A stretch of 64,000 nucleotides of DNA, from NCBI RefSeq assembly GCF_963921235.1, contig NC_086097.1:148492001-148556000 (forward strand), read 5' to 3'. Source of the stretch: Mobula hypostoma (Eukaryota). Each line of letters starts with the position of its first letter. Position 1 is the first letter of the stretch. This document shows, piece by piece, positions 25,146-37,820 of the stretch. The notes under the pieces were generated by a model. That model was not told the DNA's origin. It saw only the letters and a list, made by a program, of their open reading frames with translations, and made no database searches. The position numbers were made by a program, and so were the translations under genes.

Positions 25146-28100
25146 TATATGTTTATTTATTTGGAGACTCAGCCCAGAGAGCCGCATTGTCTAGCAACTC
25201 ATTTATTTAACCCTAGCCTAACCACAGGATAAGTTACAATTACTAATCTTTCCACAGCCTCTCCCATCTTTATCTCAGAAACCTTATATAACTTTCTGAG
25301 CAACATCTTTCCCCGGACAATAGAGCAGATAGTTACTTTAAGTTAAAAAAATATAATCTGAGCTGTCAAGTTGAAAGAATTTAAAACCAATTACTTTGTG
25401 CATTGTCTGTGGTGATATAAGAAAATATAGCACCTATTGGATCCTGCAATGATTTTTCACTGACAGACTCATTGCGTGACAAGCATAGGTACAGATATTC
25501 GGACTACCATGTCCACACCAACCTTTGGACTTCCATCCATATTAATTTCATCATCAAACACCAGGCCTTTCATTGATACTGGAGTTCAAGCTTTACCCGT
25601 TGTCAGATGACAGTGATTATTTCCTAAATGAAACAGAGATTTAGTCTCAATCATATCTCACTCTTTACATCCTCTCTTCTCACCTCTCCCAGCAGGCAGG
25701 AAATACGAAAGTCTGAAAGCACATACCACCCGACTCAGGAAAGCTTCTATCCCACTGTTATCAGAATCTTGAAAGTGCCTCTTGTGTGACAAGATGAATA
25801 CTTGGCCTCACAATCCACCTCATTGTGATCTTGGACTTGCATTTACCTGCATCGCACTTCAACATCTTTTCACTTCTTTCTACATTGCTATTGTTTTGCC
25901 TTATTCTATTTTAATGCACTGTGTAATGATTTGATCTGTATAAGCAGCATGCAAGACAAGCTTTTCACTGTATCTTGCTACATGTGACAGTAATAAACTG
26001 ACACCGGTATCAATTTTGCTTATTACTGAGGGTCATGCTGGAACTTGCGAAATTAATAGATTAGGCATATCTGTCCTACAATTCTTTGCTCTTTTAAAAG
26101 CACGCCTTTCTCTATACACCTCTTTTCATTTTCTTGGTCATTCTAACTCCAAGAGAACATTTAGTAAACCACCCATTTCTGAAAGATACTTCATAATTTA
26201 CACTCCCTGTTAACTGCTTAGATTTTCATGTTTCCAGTAAGTATCACCAACCTCAAATTACTGCAGCAGCCAGAAGAAATAATTAGGAAATTACCAATAA
26301 ATGGTTGACTCTTCCTTTAAATACCACCAGCAGTAAAATATTTCGTATCACTAAATTCATTTGTGGGATGTAAGAGACTTGAACGTTAGAATATGCTTTC
26401 CTTCGCCATGCTTTTATATTTTAATCAAACTTTATAATTTTACCTTGTCTGTCACCTATTCCCAGCTTGTTCATGTTTCCACGTCCACCTGCAATCCCCA
26501 GCATTGCTCCGTTTGGTTTACTACCGACAATTGGCATTGTCGGAAAGTTTCATATCAGTCCTTTTGCGCTTATTTTCAAATTATTCATATAAATGGAAAA
26601 ACAAAAGAGTTTGCATGGTCAGTTTTCTAGGACAGGACAGCAGCAGGTAATTACATCTGTTGCCTTTCAAACCGAGTCTGTAGTAGCAGGCAGGAATAGC
26701 AGAATATAATCCAACAGAATTGCCTTACTACTGATTTTATGACCACAACACCTGCAAAAAGTAAATCCACGGTATCCATAGTATCCACTCTTGAAAGCAG
26801 TCAGAATATTTCATTCAAAATATGCCTGGAATTGTACCAGATAACTTAGGCTTACATTTTCTACAAATAAACATTTACAGCGTCACACATGTAAAATCAT
26901 TCAGGAAGCGGCAAATTTAAGCAAGGGAAGAAGGTAGTCATTCATTTGGATTGAAAGGGATGCTGTGTGATGTATCATGGAGGGTTAACCTGTTGCAATT
27001 TCAATAATATAGTTGGAAATGGATTTATCAATTTAAAAAAAAGCAATCTTACCATGATTTTCAAGTTCTCCTTCTCAGAGTGGGGCCCAATTCCGATTTA
27101 TGGGCATTTGAACCGCAGGCAAAAGGGGGAACAACCCAGAAACTCATTCCCTGTCAGTGGCATTGAACACACCAGTTTTGGAGCATTATCCTGACATGTC
27201 TATATGCCATAGCCAGGCCTATCCAACAAGGACAAGTTGCCCTGTGAAGTGACTTTGGACATGTTTCAAGTATCTGTCTTGAACCAAAACATCAGCTATT
27301 CATTTACTTTCACTGATTCTGCCAGTTCAAATCAGTTACAACCAAAGGAAAAGTAACCCCCTCATTAATTTAAGACATCTGGAGATGTGTACCACTTGAT
27401 AGTCTAAAGGCAACCAACTCACATCAGTTTTCATAACAAATCTCACAATGAAGGATCCATTCTTCACAGGAATGAAGAAGCTTTTTGTCTTTAATTGTAA
27501 TAGGAAAGGTGCGGGGAGTGCAATGATACCTTTAGTGCCGTAACATGATGTTGATCCATGTTAAAACTGGCCAACTAAGCCATCCAAATTTGAGTCTCTA
27601 TGGGCTTCCACTTAAAATCAGGAAGTGATTATTCCGATGCTCCTTTACTGCAAAAGGCACTGCAACCAAACTGTCCTCACCCAAGGAGTTTCAAGTAACA
27701 AGAAGAAGAAGGTGTCCATGTCAGTTTTAATTACCGCCCTTCCCCCTGGATACTGAGATCAAGTAAAGCAGAATTTTATCTGCTGATGATTAATTTAACG
27801 CAAACTAGGGAAGGGATCTTGGACCTTCTGACCCATACAACCCAGTTCTACAATGAGCATCTAGTTCAAAAGAGGCTATTTTACTGTGAACTTTGGATGT
27901 TAATTATCTCAACAAACAACCTCATCCTTCTAATAAAAATAACAAAATGGAACTTCCTTACTTGACATAACTATAATTCCCTTGGTGACACAGGAACAGC
28001 TTTTTAAATGGTACAGCAAGAAAAAACTTAAAGTCAGTGAATTGTGGTCATTCTAATGCAATTACTGCTGTCATGTTATTAGGTTACAAGCCCCTTTGAG

Positions 28101-29594
28101 ACAGGCCATGCCGTCGACGTCGACAGGCTGAAAGGGAACTCAAACCAAATTACATTTCGTCCCAATTTGGCTGCAAATTTATGATTTTGTCGGGTGGGAA
28201 GCATCTCAGTGACATTGCTCTAATTTGTACCGTTGTGGATTATTAATCACAAGTGTCAAATGCTTTAGGGTACGATGCATGGGACAATCACAGGAAACAT
28301 AATGAGGGAGGCTCATCATCAGCTCCTTATTTGAGCAAGGAGTTTTTCTGTCAGCATCCTCTCCAAAGGCAAAATCTCATGTCTGCAAGCATTTTCAAGT
28401 GGGTGTTTAACCATCAAAAGTCCTTTTAAAGCCATTGCCACAGATTTTCAGGAGAGAATCTCTCCATAACAATTCCCTTCTAAAGAAGGAATCATCAAGA
28501 GTGGAATCCTTGTTAGAACTCCTTTAAATAAAATTAAAGAGAGTAAGCATGGGAACAGTGGATCTTTTTAATACAGAAAGTTGTCAATAGCATGGCAGCT
28601 TTTAACAAACAGGATACCCAGAATGGTATCACTGGTATAAATATTTTGCACTATATGTCAGAATTAAGGTTGACTATGTTAGATTATGTTTGTAATGTAC
28701 TCTGTTGATGTTGCAAAAAGCTAATTTTCATGGAATTTATTCCTTGCATATGTGTGCTCATGACAATAATCTTGAACTTAAAACAGTACTCAAGATAGTA
28801 ACTACTCAGCATTATACTGTACATCCTCCTCATCATCATTCTGATAGTTGCTTTTCATTCACTAACCAGATTCCCATCTATGTCAGAGTTTAACTTGTTC
28901 TAGTTTAGCAAAGGGTAGTTTGAGCTTTATCAAATGCCTTTAGGAAGCTTAGGTACAATTTTCTGATTGAAAAAGGTGGAGAACATCCTTGCTGGGCATT
29001 AATAGACTCAGTAGCACTTAATCTTTGATTATTCTTCTGGAGAGTAAATGTCAAAGTGAAAGTCAAAGTTGAGTTTATTGTCATCTGCACAAATACATGG
29101 ATGCAGAGGTGTGATATAAATCCTACTTGCAGCAGCTTCACAAGAACGTACAATACCTGTGATGCTGCTGCGAAAAAGTTTTAATGTAACAGTAGCCACA
29201 AGAAAAATATAAATTATGCATAATTTTTACAAAGATAAAACACATTTTGAAGAAACAAAAAGCTAATTTTAGTGCAAACTGAGCAGTGCGGTCACAGTGA
29301 AGTGGTGGTTTTTCGTTTTGCCTGTTGGTTGAAGAATCGAATGGTTGAAGAGAATTAGCTCTTCTTGAACCTGGTGGTGTGAGACCTAATTTATCTAATG
29401 CCTGCCAGATGGTAGCAGTAAAAAAATTGCCAGAATAGTAACTTCAATCTCCAGAGATGAACCTAAAAATTTAGTTTTGACTGATACTACTATGGTGTAC
29501 AATGCTGATCCACATGGATATAACTAAATTAGATTAATATGGGTGATGTCATATGAGGAAGCGTTGAAAAAGCTAGGCTGGTTTTGCTAGAGTT

Positions 29595-31280
29595 AATAAC
29601 ATAAGTAATATGAGCAGGAGTAGGCCATCTGGCCCATCGAACCTCCTCTGCCATTCAATGAGATCATAGTGATAGACTCAGATCCACCTACCTGCCTTTT
29701 CACCATAACCCTTCATACCCTACTACACAAGAACCTATCTAACTCAGCCTTAAATATATTTAATGAGGTAGCCTTTACTTCTTCCTTGGGCAGAGGTTCG
29801 AGGTTCAAAGGTCCAATTTAATCTCAGAGAAATGTATACGATATAAATCCTGAAATGCTTTTTCTTCGCAAACATCCGTGAAAACAGAGAAGTGTCCCAA
29901 AGAATGAATGACAGTTAAGTGTGAGAACCCCAAAGTCGCCCCCCCAGCTCCCTCCTCCCACACGTAAGTGGCTGCAAGCAACGATCACCCCTCCCCACCT
30001 GCCTAGCAAAAAAAAACGCACCCGCACCGGTTCCACAGGTTCACTATTATCTGGAAAAATCAGTTTCTCCTCATCTCTATCCTAAATCTATTCCCCTAAG
30101 TCTTGAAGCTATGTCTCTTAGTTCCATCTATCAGTGGAAACAACATTCTTACCTCTATCTTATCTAATGCTTTCATAATTTTATATTTTTTCTATAAGAT
30201 CTCCTCTTATTCTTTGAATTCCAGTAAGTATAGTCCTAGGCAACTCAATCTCTCCTCATAGGCTAACATCCTCATCTCTGAAATCAACCTGGTGAACCTC
30301 CTCTGCACCTTTTCCAAAGTCAGTAAATCTTCCCTTGAGTAATCAGACTGGAATTGCATGCAGGACTCCAGGTGTGACCTTGCCAGTATTCTGTATAGTT
30401 GCAGCATAACCTCCCTGCTCTTAAATTCAGTTCCTCCAGCAACAAAAGCCAATATTCCAGTTGCCTTCTTGATAACCTGTTGCATCTACAAACCAAAGTT
30501 TTGTAATTCATGCACAAGCATTCCCATGTTCCTCTGCACAACAGTATGCTGTAATATCTTACAATTTATATAATAACCTGATCTTCTGGTTTTCCTTCCA
30601 ATGTGGATGACCATGCATTTACCAACATTGTACTCCACCTGCTAGACCTTTGCCTACTCACTTAACCTATCTATATCTCTCTACAGACTCTCCACATCCT
30701 CTGCAAAATTTGCTTTTCCATCCAATTTAATGTAATCAGAAACTTAGTTACATTACATTGGGTCCTTTTTTTCCAATTAATTGCAGGACTAGCACCAAAC
30801 TCATCTCTGAGTGCCGTCTCTGAGAAGTATACATTTATCCAAACTCTCTGCCTTTTATTGGTTAACCAATCCTCTATATATCTGCCAATACATTACATGC
30901 AAGTCCATACATCCTTATCTTATGGATAAGTCCTTTATGCAGCAGCTTATCAAACGCTTTCTGGAAATCCAAGTATGCAGCATCAACCTGTTCCCCACCA
31001 TCCACTGCATCCATTATATCCTCAAAGAACTCCAATAAATTTGTCAAATAAGACCTGCCCTACCTGAATCCACTCTGTATCTGCCAGATGAAACCACTTC
31101 TACCCAGATGTTGTATAATTTCTTCCTCAGTGATAACTTCAATCATTTTCCCAACTGCAGACATAAAATTAATGAGTTTATAGTTACTTGCCTTTTGCTG
31201 ACATTTGTTTTAAGCAGTGAAGTGGCATTGTTGTCGTCTAATCCAATGGTACCTATCCAGAATCCACAGAATTTTGGTAA
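29595..31280 (-). mobile_element. CR1 LINE RT and 3' fragment, with a small nested tail insertion at about 29790-30030
   Basis: ORF 30207-30485 (MLQLYRILARSHLESCMQF..LEKVQRRFTRLI) and YLDFQKAFDK near 30950-30980. Confidence 0.85.
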
Positions 31281-31754
31281 CATTTGAGAGAGTTAGAAGG
31301 ACAGTGATTAAAATTAAGATCCTGGAAGTATTGACAGTGCGTATATGAAGAGGGTGATTCCTTTTTGTGAGAAAATCAAGAATGAAAGATCAATGTGTTG
31401 CCTACTTAAAATAGTGATGAAGTAATATTCTTTCTTTCATATAGTTATGAGCCTTTGTAACTCTTTTCCTCAAGGGGTAGTGAAGCAGTGTTAGAAGCAA
31501 TGTTTTTGAATGTGTTTAAGGCAGAAGTAGAGAGATTTTTGATAAGTACTAACTATGGAACATTGTACTAACTGTGGAACTGAGTTTACAATCATTCATA
31601 GAGTGGAAACAGGCCATTTGGCCCATCTAGTCTATGCCAAACTATTATTCTTCCTAGTCCATTTTCCTGTACCCAGACCATAGCCCTTGATATTCCTCCC
31701 ATCCATGTACTTATCCAAGCTTCTCTTAAACGTTGAAATTGAAGCCGCATCCAT

Positions 31755-32580
31755 TATTGCCCTTCACACTGTCCTGGGACACCTGGAGCACAAAGACAGC
31801 TATGTCAGGATGCTTTTTGTTGATTATAGCTCAGCTTTTAACAGCAGACAAGCTGAATGTCAAGCTCCACAATCTAGGTCTTGGCACATCAACTTGTAAT
31901 TGGATCTTGGACTTCCTCACTAATCGTACCCAGATGTTGAAAGTAGGAGGAGCTATCTTGGTCTGTCAACACAACCTCGATAGTAGGGAAGGCACAACAG
32001 TGACTATACTACCTGAGGTAGCTAAGGAGAGCTAATCTGCCCCAAAATTGCTGGCCAACTTTTATCAATGTGGGATAGAGAGCATACTGACATACAGAAT
32101 GACAGTGTGGGGTACTCTAGCTGCAGCAGGACAGATCACAAAGCACTCCACCAAGTGATTAGAATGGCTCAGCGCATCATTACGACTCAACTAATGGATC
32201 TGGAGACCATCTACAACTCTCAATGCCTACAGTGCACTTGTAACATCAGTAAAGACCCATCCCATCCCAAACACTATCTGTTCAATATTCTGCCATCTGG
32301 TAGGAGATACAGAAGCATTTTACCCAAAGCAGTAAGTCTGAAAACAGCTTCTTCCTGAGGACTGTTGTGCAGCTGACTAATGCTGCACCCCGGCTTGCCA
32401 ATGGCCTTTGATTACTATGAATTATTGAAGTCTCTTGTTGCATGTAAATATGGGGATTTTTTTGTTTTTTAATTAAACTGTACCACATGCATTGTAAATA
32501 TCTGTTTTGCATGGACTGAAGCAGCACCACAATCACATCGTCTTGAGCAATGACACTGAAGTCCTATTCTGTTCTGTTTT
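31755..32580 (+). mobile_element. Rex1/Babar LINE fragment inserted in a CR1 tail
   Basis: [39 protein letters not shown] and KDPSHP..LPSGRRYRS. Confidence 0.85.
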
Positions 32581-33109
32581 ATTACTTCCACTGGCAGCTC
32601 TTTCCACTCTCACACCACCCTCTGAGTCATAGTAATTAAGATCTTTTAAATGGCAGACCAGACTTGAAGGGCTGAATGCACCCCCCCCCATACTTCTAAC
32701 TCATATGTTTATTTGCACCATTTAAAAGAAACTAAGTTAAAGGAGAACTGGTACTGAAGATGCATACAACCTTACTTTGCAATTGGAGAATGGCCTGCAG
32801 GAGAGCCATTAAGTCCCCTTTGCAGGTCCTGGTGGAGAGTGAATGAGGAAGGAAGGAGGTCCTGTTTAGAAGACCCTTTGAAGTGTTATCTCTGTCAAGT
32901 GTGGCAGGCAGAAGAAATTAATATTAGTTGAGATTTTTTTTTCCAGAAAGAGTTGTACAATGGGAAGGATTACAATGACCTCTTTAGAATTATCAAGGAT
33001 CGATGATTTTGTGCTTACACCTGCAGACCATGCTGTATCTGTATGCACAAAACTCCTCTTCCTTGTTTTCTCTCATTCTATTACAGTTAGAGTCCCTACA
33101 CTCCACACA

Positions 33110-34225
33110 TTCCATTGACAGCAGAGATTACTTCATTACCAGGCTTCACATCCTCTACACAACACATATCCCCTACCCAACTATTGCAGATATTTCTTCA
33201 AGCACTCACCTTTGTTCATTGCAGGGGGAAATAACAGATGATTTGCAGCAGGGGCTTACAACTAGAGGAAGGTGAAACTACCAGAAGAGTCTCCCATCTT
33301 TCCTTTCTCCACCCCCACCACTCCCACCCCCAACTTTCCATGTGATTATCTTGTTCACTTGTTCTCCCTCCTGGCACTTATTTCTGGAAGTGCAGGAAGT
33401 GCTATATCTGCCCATACACATCCTCCTACACCACTATTCAGAGCCCCCAGCACCCCTTCCAAGTGAGTCAACAACTGGCGTGCAAGTCTGTCAGGGTCAC
33501 TTAATATATCCAGTGCTCCTGCTGTGGCCTCCTTTACATCGATAGATAGAGGAATGCTTTCTCAAGCACCTTCACTCCGTCTGCTGCAAGAAATGGGATT
33601 CCCCAGTGGACATCCATTTCAATTCAACTTCCCATTTCCACTCTGACATGTCCGTCCATTGCCTCCTCTACTGACATGATGAGGCCACACTCAGGTTGGA
33701 AGAGCAACATCTCATATTCTGCCTGGTCAACTTCCAACCAGACAACATGAACATTGATTTCTCTAACTTCCAGCAATTTCTTCCCCCTTCTCCTTCTCAC
33801 TTTTTTTTATTCCCTGTTCTGGTTCCTCTCTTACCCATTCTCTTCTTCTCACCTGTCATTCGTCTCCTTCTGGTGTCCCTCCTCCATCCTTTTCTTCCAA
33901 GTTTCACCGTCCTCTCCTATCAGATTCCTTCTTCTTTAGCCCTCTCCCTCTTCTACCTATCACCTCACAGCTTCTTACTTCACCTACCCCCAATCCACAT
34001 ACCTTCCCCCTCATCTAGTTTCACTAATGATGTACCAGTTTGTACTCCTTCTGCCTCCCACCTCCTTATTCTGGCTTCTGTCGCCTTCCTTTCTAGTCCT
34101 GATGAAGGGTGTCAACCCGATCCTGTAGCTATTTATTCTCCTCTATTGATACCGCCTGACTTGCTGAGCCCCCTATCCATTTGAAGGTGTTGCTCAAGAT
34201 TTCCAGTATCTGCAGAATCTCTTGT
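33110..34225 (+). mobile_element. Decayed Penelope (Neptune-type) 3' fragment: linker, GIY-YIG, pyrimidine-rich UTR and broken hammerhead
   Basis: EEQHLIFCLVNFQPDNMNIDFSNF in ORF 33696; AGTCCTGATGAAGGGTGTCAACCCGA at about 34095-34120, with GAAAC lost. Confidence 0.8.
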
Positions 34226-35349
34226 GTTTGTGGAGCTATCCTTCATGAGCACGAACTTAATGAGTGCTGTTTCTGTGCATGATCCTACCCAGGGTTTCTT
34301 CAGAATTATCCCCTGCTTCTTCACTTTCATCAGTCTCCCCCAATTATTGTTCACAGTAGTCTCCAGCTGTTTTCACCAGCCACTTCTTCCTCTTCCTATC
34401 TTACACTAAGATATAATTCTTGTTGGTCTCCTTCATATCAGGTACTAAGAATATCAGCCACCAGCAACAATTCAAGAGGAATTTGGCCTTCTTGAAGGCT
34501 CTTAAACTAAAGCAAGAAAATTCCAGTTTAGAGGCTGGCACCTTGCCCATAGATAATCTTCAAACAATGTAACACCAAGCACATGAGGACAAATCAAAGT
34601 ACAAGAATCCTTGTACTCATTGAAGGTGAGATTATTTGTTGGCTCTGCCATAGTGGAGTCCAATACTGACTTTGAGTAACTAGGCTAACAAAGGTTGAAG
34701 GGTATTCATCAAAACTACTAGTTGTCCAATGGAGCCTCTCCATGAGCTGACTGTAAAGGTCTATAGCAAAAAAGAATTGGACTTTCCTCAGAGGATGGAG
34801 ACTACCCTGTTCAAGTTAACCTGATAGGCAACTCAACCAATATGTTTAAGGCTGTCATAGGAGCTGTAACAAATGACACCTTGGCTATAAGGACTATTAT
34901 TTACAGACCTATTCGCAATTTTATAACGGTGCTGCCCTCTTTTCACGCTGAGCCTTATGCATGTTGACACTCAATGTCATTATTTTTCTTGTTTCGACGT
35001 GAGAGGCAGCCACTGGTATCTGTCAGGAAGAGAACATTTGTGTGCATCTACCAAACGCTGTCTCTGTCTCCGTGAGTGACTCAGGGCTGTGCAGTGTTAC
35101 ACCTGCATATACCTCACACAAGATAAACTAGCATGATACACCATTTTGATAAGAGTAGGAAAGCACAGATAAGGAAGCAAACAGAGACTGATGATTAATG
35201 ATGTTTTGGGAAATATTCTTCTCATCTTTTTATTTGGTGACTGTGATCATGACACATTGAATTGAGTAAAACAGGAGAACTGGTTTAGGTTTAACAGTCT
35301 AAATTGTATAAGACTAAGAAAAATGAGGGTCAGGGTCTGCGCAAATTAT

Positions 35350-35472
35350 GGGAGAGAGGAAGGGGGATGGGCAGAGGAGGAGAAGAGAAGGAGAAGGGGA
35401 GGGGGAGAGAGGGAGAGGGGAGGGGAGAGAGGGAGAGGGGGAGGGGAGAGAGGGAAGGAGAGATAGAGAGAG
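35350..35472 (+). repeat. Purine-rich (GA/GGA) low-complexity tract
   Basis: About 120 bp composed almost only of G and A. Confidence 0.9.
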
Positions 35473-35969
35473 CTTATGTAGAATCACAGCAGGGAATAAG
35501 GCAAACTGGTAAATGATTAATTGAGTATCTACACTGCTTTACTTTGATCTTAATTTATCTTCAATTAATTGTTCCACATTGAGAGTCTATGGAGATCTTT
35601 AATCAACATAAGGTAATGAACACTAGTGACTGAAATGTGAGAAAACTGCTGAACATTTGTCAAAAGGGCATTAGCGAGGAGAGTGAGATCAAGTTTTATG
35701 GGAGAGGTTTTATGCTCAATAAGGTGAGAAATGTCAACTGGATAGAAAAATGGAAAGAGCATAGCAAAAAAGTAATTTAGTTAATATTTGGGGTATAGAA
35801 CTGGTTATTTAAATAGCTAAAGATTTTTTGGTTTTGCTGCTTAGTAAGGTAAATGGCAGAAGCAGACCCACTAAAATATTTTATTTAGCAGTGACTGAGA
35901 CGATAATGTACCAACATCTATACCACATTAACCTTCATTTTAAAAGGATGCACTAACTTATAGACAATG

Positions 35970-36139
35970 CAGTTATCAGGCAGGGAACCAGAAAATAAAT
36001 TCACTTTCTTCAGTCAGTCTTGGCTCACTAGTTTCACTCGACTTTGAGTTACATCAGTTATCATGCGGGGAACTGGAAAATAAATTCACTTTCATTTGCC
36101 AGTCTTGGCTCACTCGTTGTACACAGCTTTGAGTTACAG
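35970..36139. repeat. Diverged 85-bp tandem duplication
   Basis: CAGTTATCA.GC.GGGAAC..GAAAATAAATTCACTTTC..CAGTCTTGGCTCACT..CTTTGAGTTACA occurs at 35970 and again at 36055. Confidence 0.85.
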
Positions 36140-36657
36140 AGCTTAAGCTCGAACCTCAGATTGTTTTTATTTATTTCCAGGATGTGGCCTGACTACAAAG
36201 ATAGGAATTTATTGCCCACCATTAATTATTCTTGAGAAGCTGATGGTGAACCTCCATCTTGAACTACCTCAGAATTTCCATTGTAGGTATTTCCCTGGTG
36301 TAGTTCAGAAGGGTGTTCCAAGATTTTGATCTAACAATGATAAAAGAGCTGTGGTATATTTAAAGGGAACAATGGTGTGGTGAATTTAAGATGAACTTGC
36401 TGCAGATAGTATTCTCATATACTGACAATCTTTTCCTTTCTTTGTGGCTGAGATTGCTGATTTAGGATGTGCTGACCAAAGTAGCTCAGTTGAGTAACTG
36501 TGGTGAGTTATTACACACTGCAGCCATGACATGCCATTGTTAAGGGAGCACAGTATATGTTTGGATTGGGGTATTAATTAAGCTTTGCCCTTAATGATGT
36601 CAAACTTCTCAAGTATTATTGATGCTGAACTCATCGAGGCAAATCATGTTCCTCCTA

Positions 36658-37227
36658 CATTCAGTGGCCACTTTACTAGGTACCTCTTCTACCTAACAGA
36701 GTGACCACTGAGTGTATGTTCATGATCTTTTGCTACCGTAGCCCATCCACTTCAAGGTTTGACGTTTTGTGCATTCAGAGATGCTCTTCGGCATGCCACT
36801 GTTGGAATGACTGATTATTTGAGATACTGTCACCTTCCTGTCACATTGAACCAGTCTGGCCATTCTACTCTGACTTCTTTCACCAATAAAGTGCTTTCAC
36901 CACAAACTGCAACTCATCGTTTTTTTTATGTTTTTTGCACCACTCTCTGTAAATTTTAGAGATTGGTGTCCATGAAAATCCCAGGAAATTAGCAATTTCT
37001 GAGAAATTTCTCATGCCACCCCGTCTGGAATCAGCAATCACTCCATGGTCAAAGTTACTTAGATCACATTTCTTCTCTACTCTGATGTTTGGTCTGAACA
37101 ACAACTGAACCTTTTGACTATGTCTGCATGATTTTATGCATTGAGTTGCTGCCATATGATTGGCTAATTAAGTATTTGCATTAATGTGCAGGTGTACAGG
37201 TGTACCTAATAAAGTAGCCACTGAGTG
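36658..37227 (-). mobile_element. Non-autonomous Tc1 derivative with N-terminal transposase remnant
   Basis: TA TSD. TIR CA(C/T)TCAGTGGC(C/T)ACTTTA(C/T)TAGGTAC. ORF 36880-37155 KKCDLSNFDHGVI..SEIANFLGFSWTPISKIYREW (paired-like HTH). Confidence 0.88.
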
Positions 37228-37269
37228 TAGATAGGGAAGAGGATTTACATTATAATATATGAATGTATG

Positions 37270-37820
37270 AAGTAGAAGCATGTGAATTAGGAGTGGACCC
37301 TTGAAAATAAGACCATGAATATTCAGCCTTTCAGCCCATCCAGTCTGCACCTGCCATGCACCTGATTATGACAGATTTTATTTTTCCTCTCAACCCCATT
37401 CTCCTGCCTTCTTTCTGTAAACTTTGGTGTCCTTACTGATCAAGAACCCATCAACTTCTGCTTTAAATATACCTAATTACTTGGCCTCCACAGCCATCTG
37501 TGAACATGATTTCCATAGATTCATCAGTTTCTGGTCTTGGACTCTCCCACTAATGGAAATATCTTCTCCACATCCACTCTGTGTTAGCATTTCAATATTA
37601 GGTAAGTTTCAATGAGATCCTCCCCCCACCATTCTTTTAAACTCCAGCAAGTAGAGGTCAAGGTCCATCAAACGCTCCTTATACATCAACCTTTTCTTTC
37701 CTGAGATCATTTTCATAAACCTTCTCTGGACCCTCTCTAATGCCAGCACATCCATTCTTAGACATGGGGGCCCAGAACTGCTCACATTACTCCAATTATG
37801 GTCTGACCAACACCTTAAAA
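37270..37820 (-). mobile_element. CR1 3' fragment
   Basis: Reverse complement matches the CR1 C-terminus and 3' UTR seen at 21720-24375. Confidence 0.75.

Noticed and set aside
26631..26646. 16-nt microexon (TTTTCTAG/GACAGGACAGCAGCAG/GTAATT)
   Set aside because: Weak pyrimidine tract, not a multiple of three, and no partner exons identified.
33696..34184. Hydrophobic 162-aa ORF as a membrane protein
   Set aside because: Penelope C-terminus reading into low-complexity CT-rich UTR.
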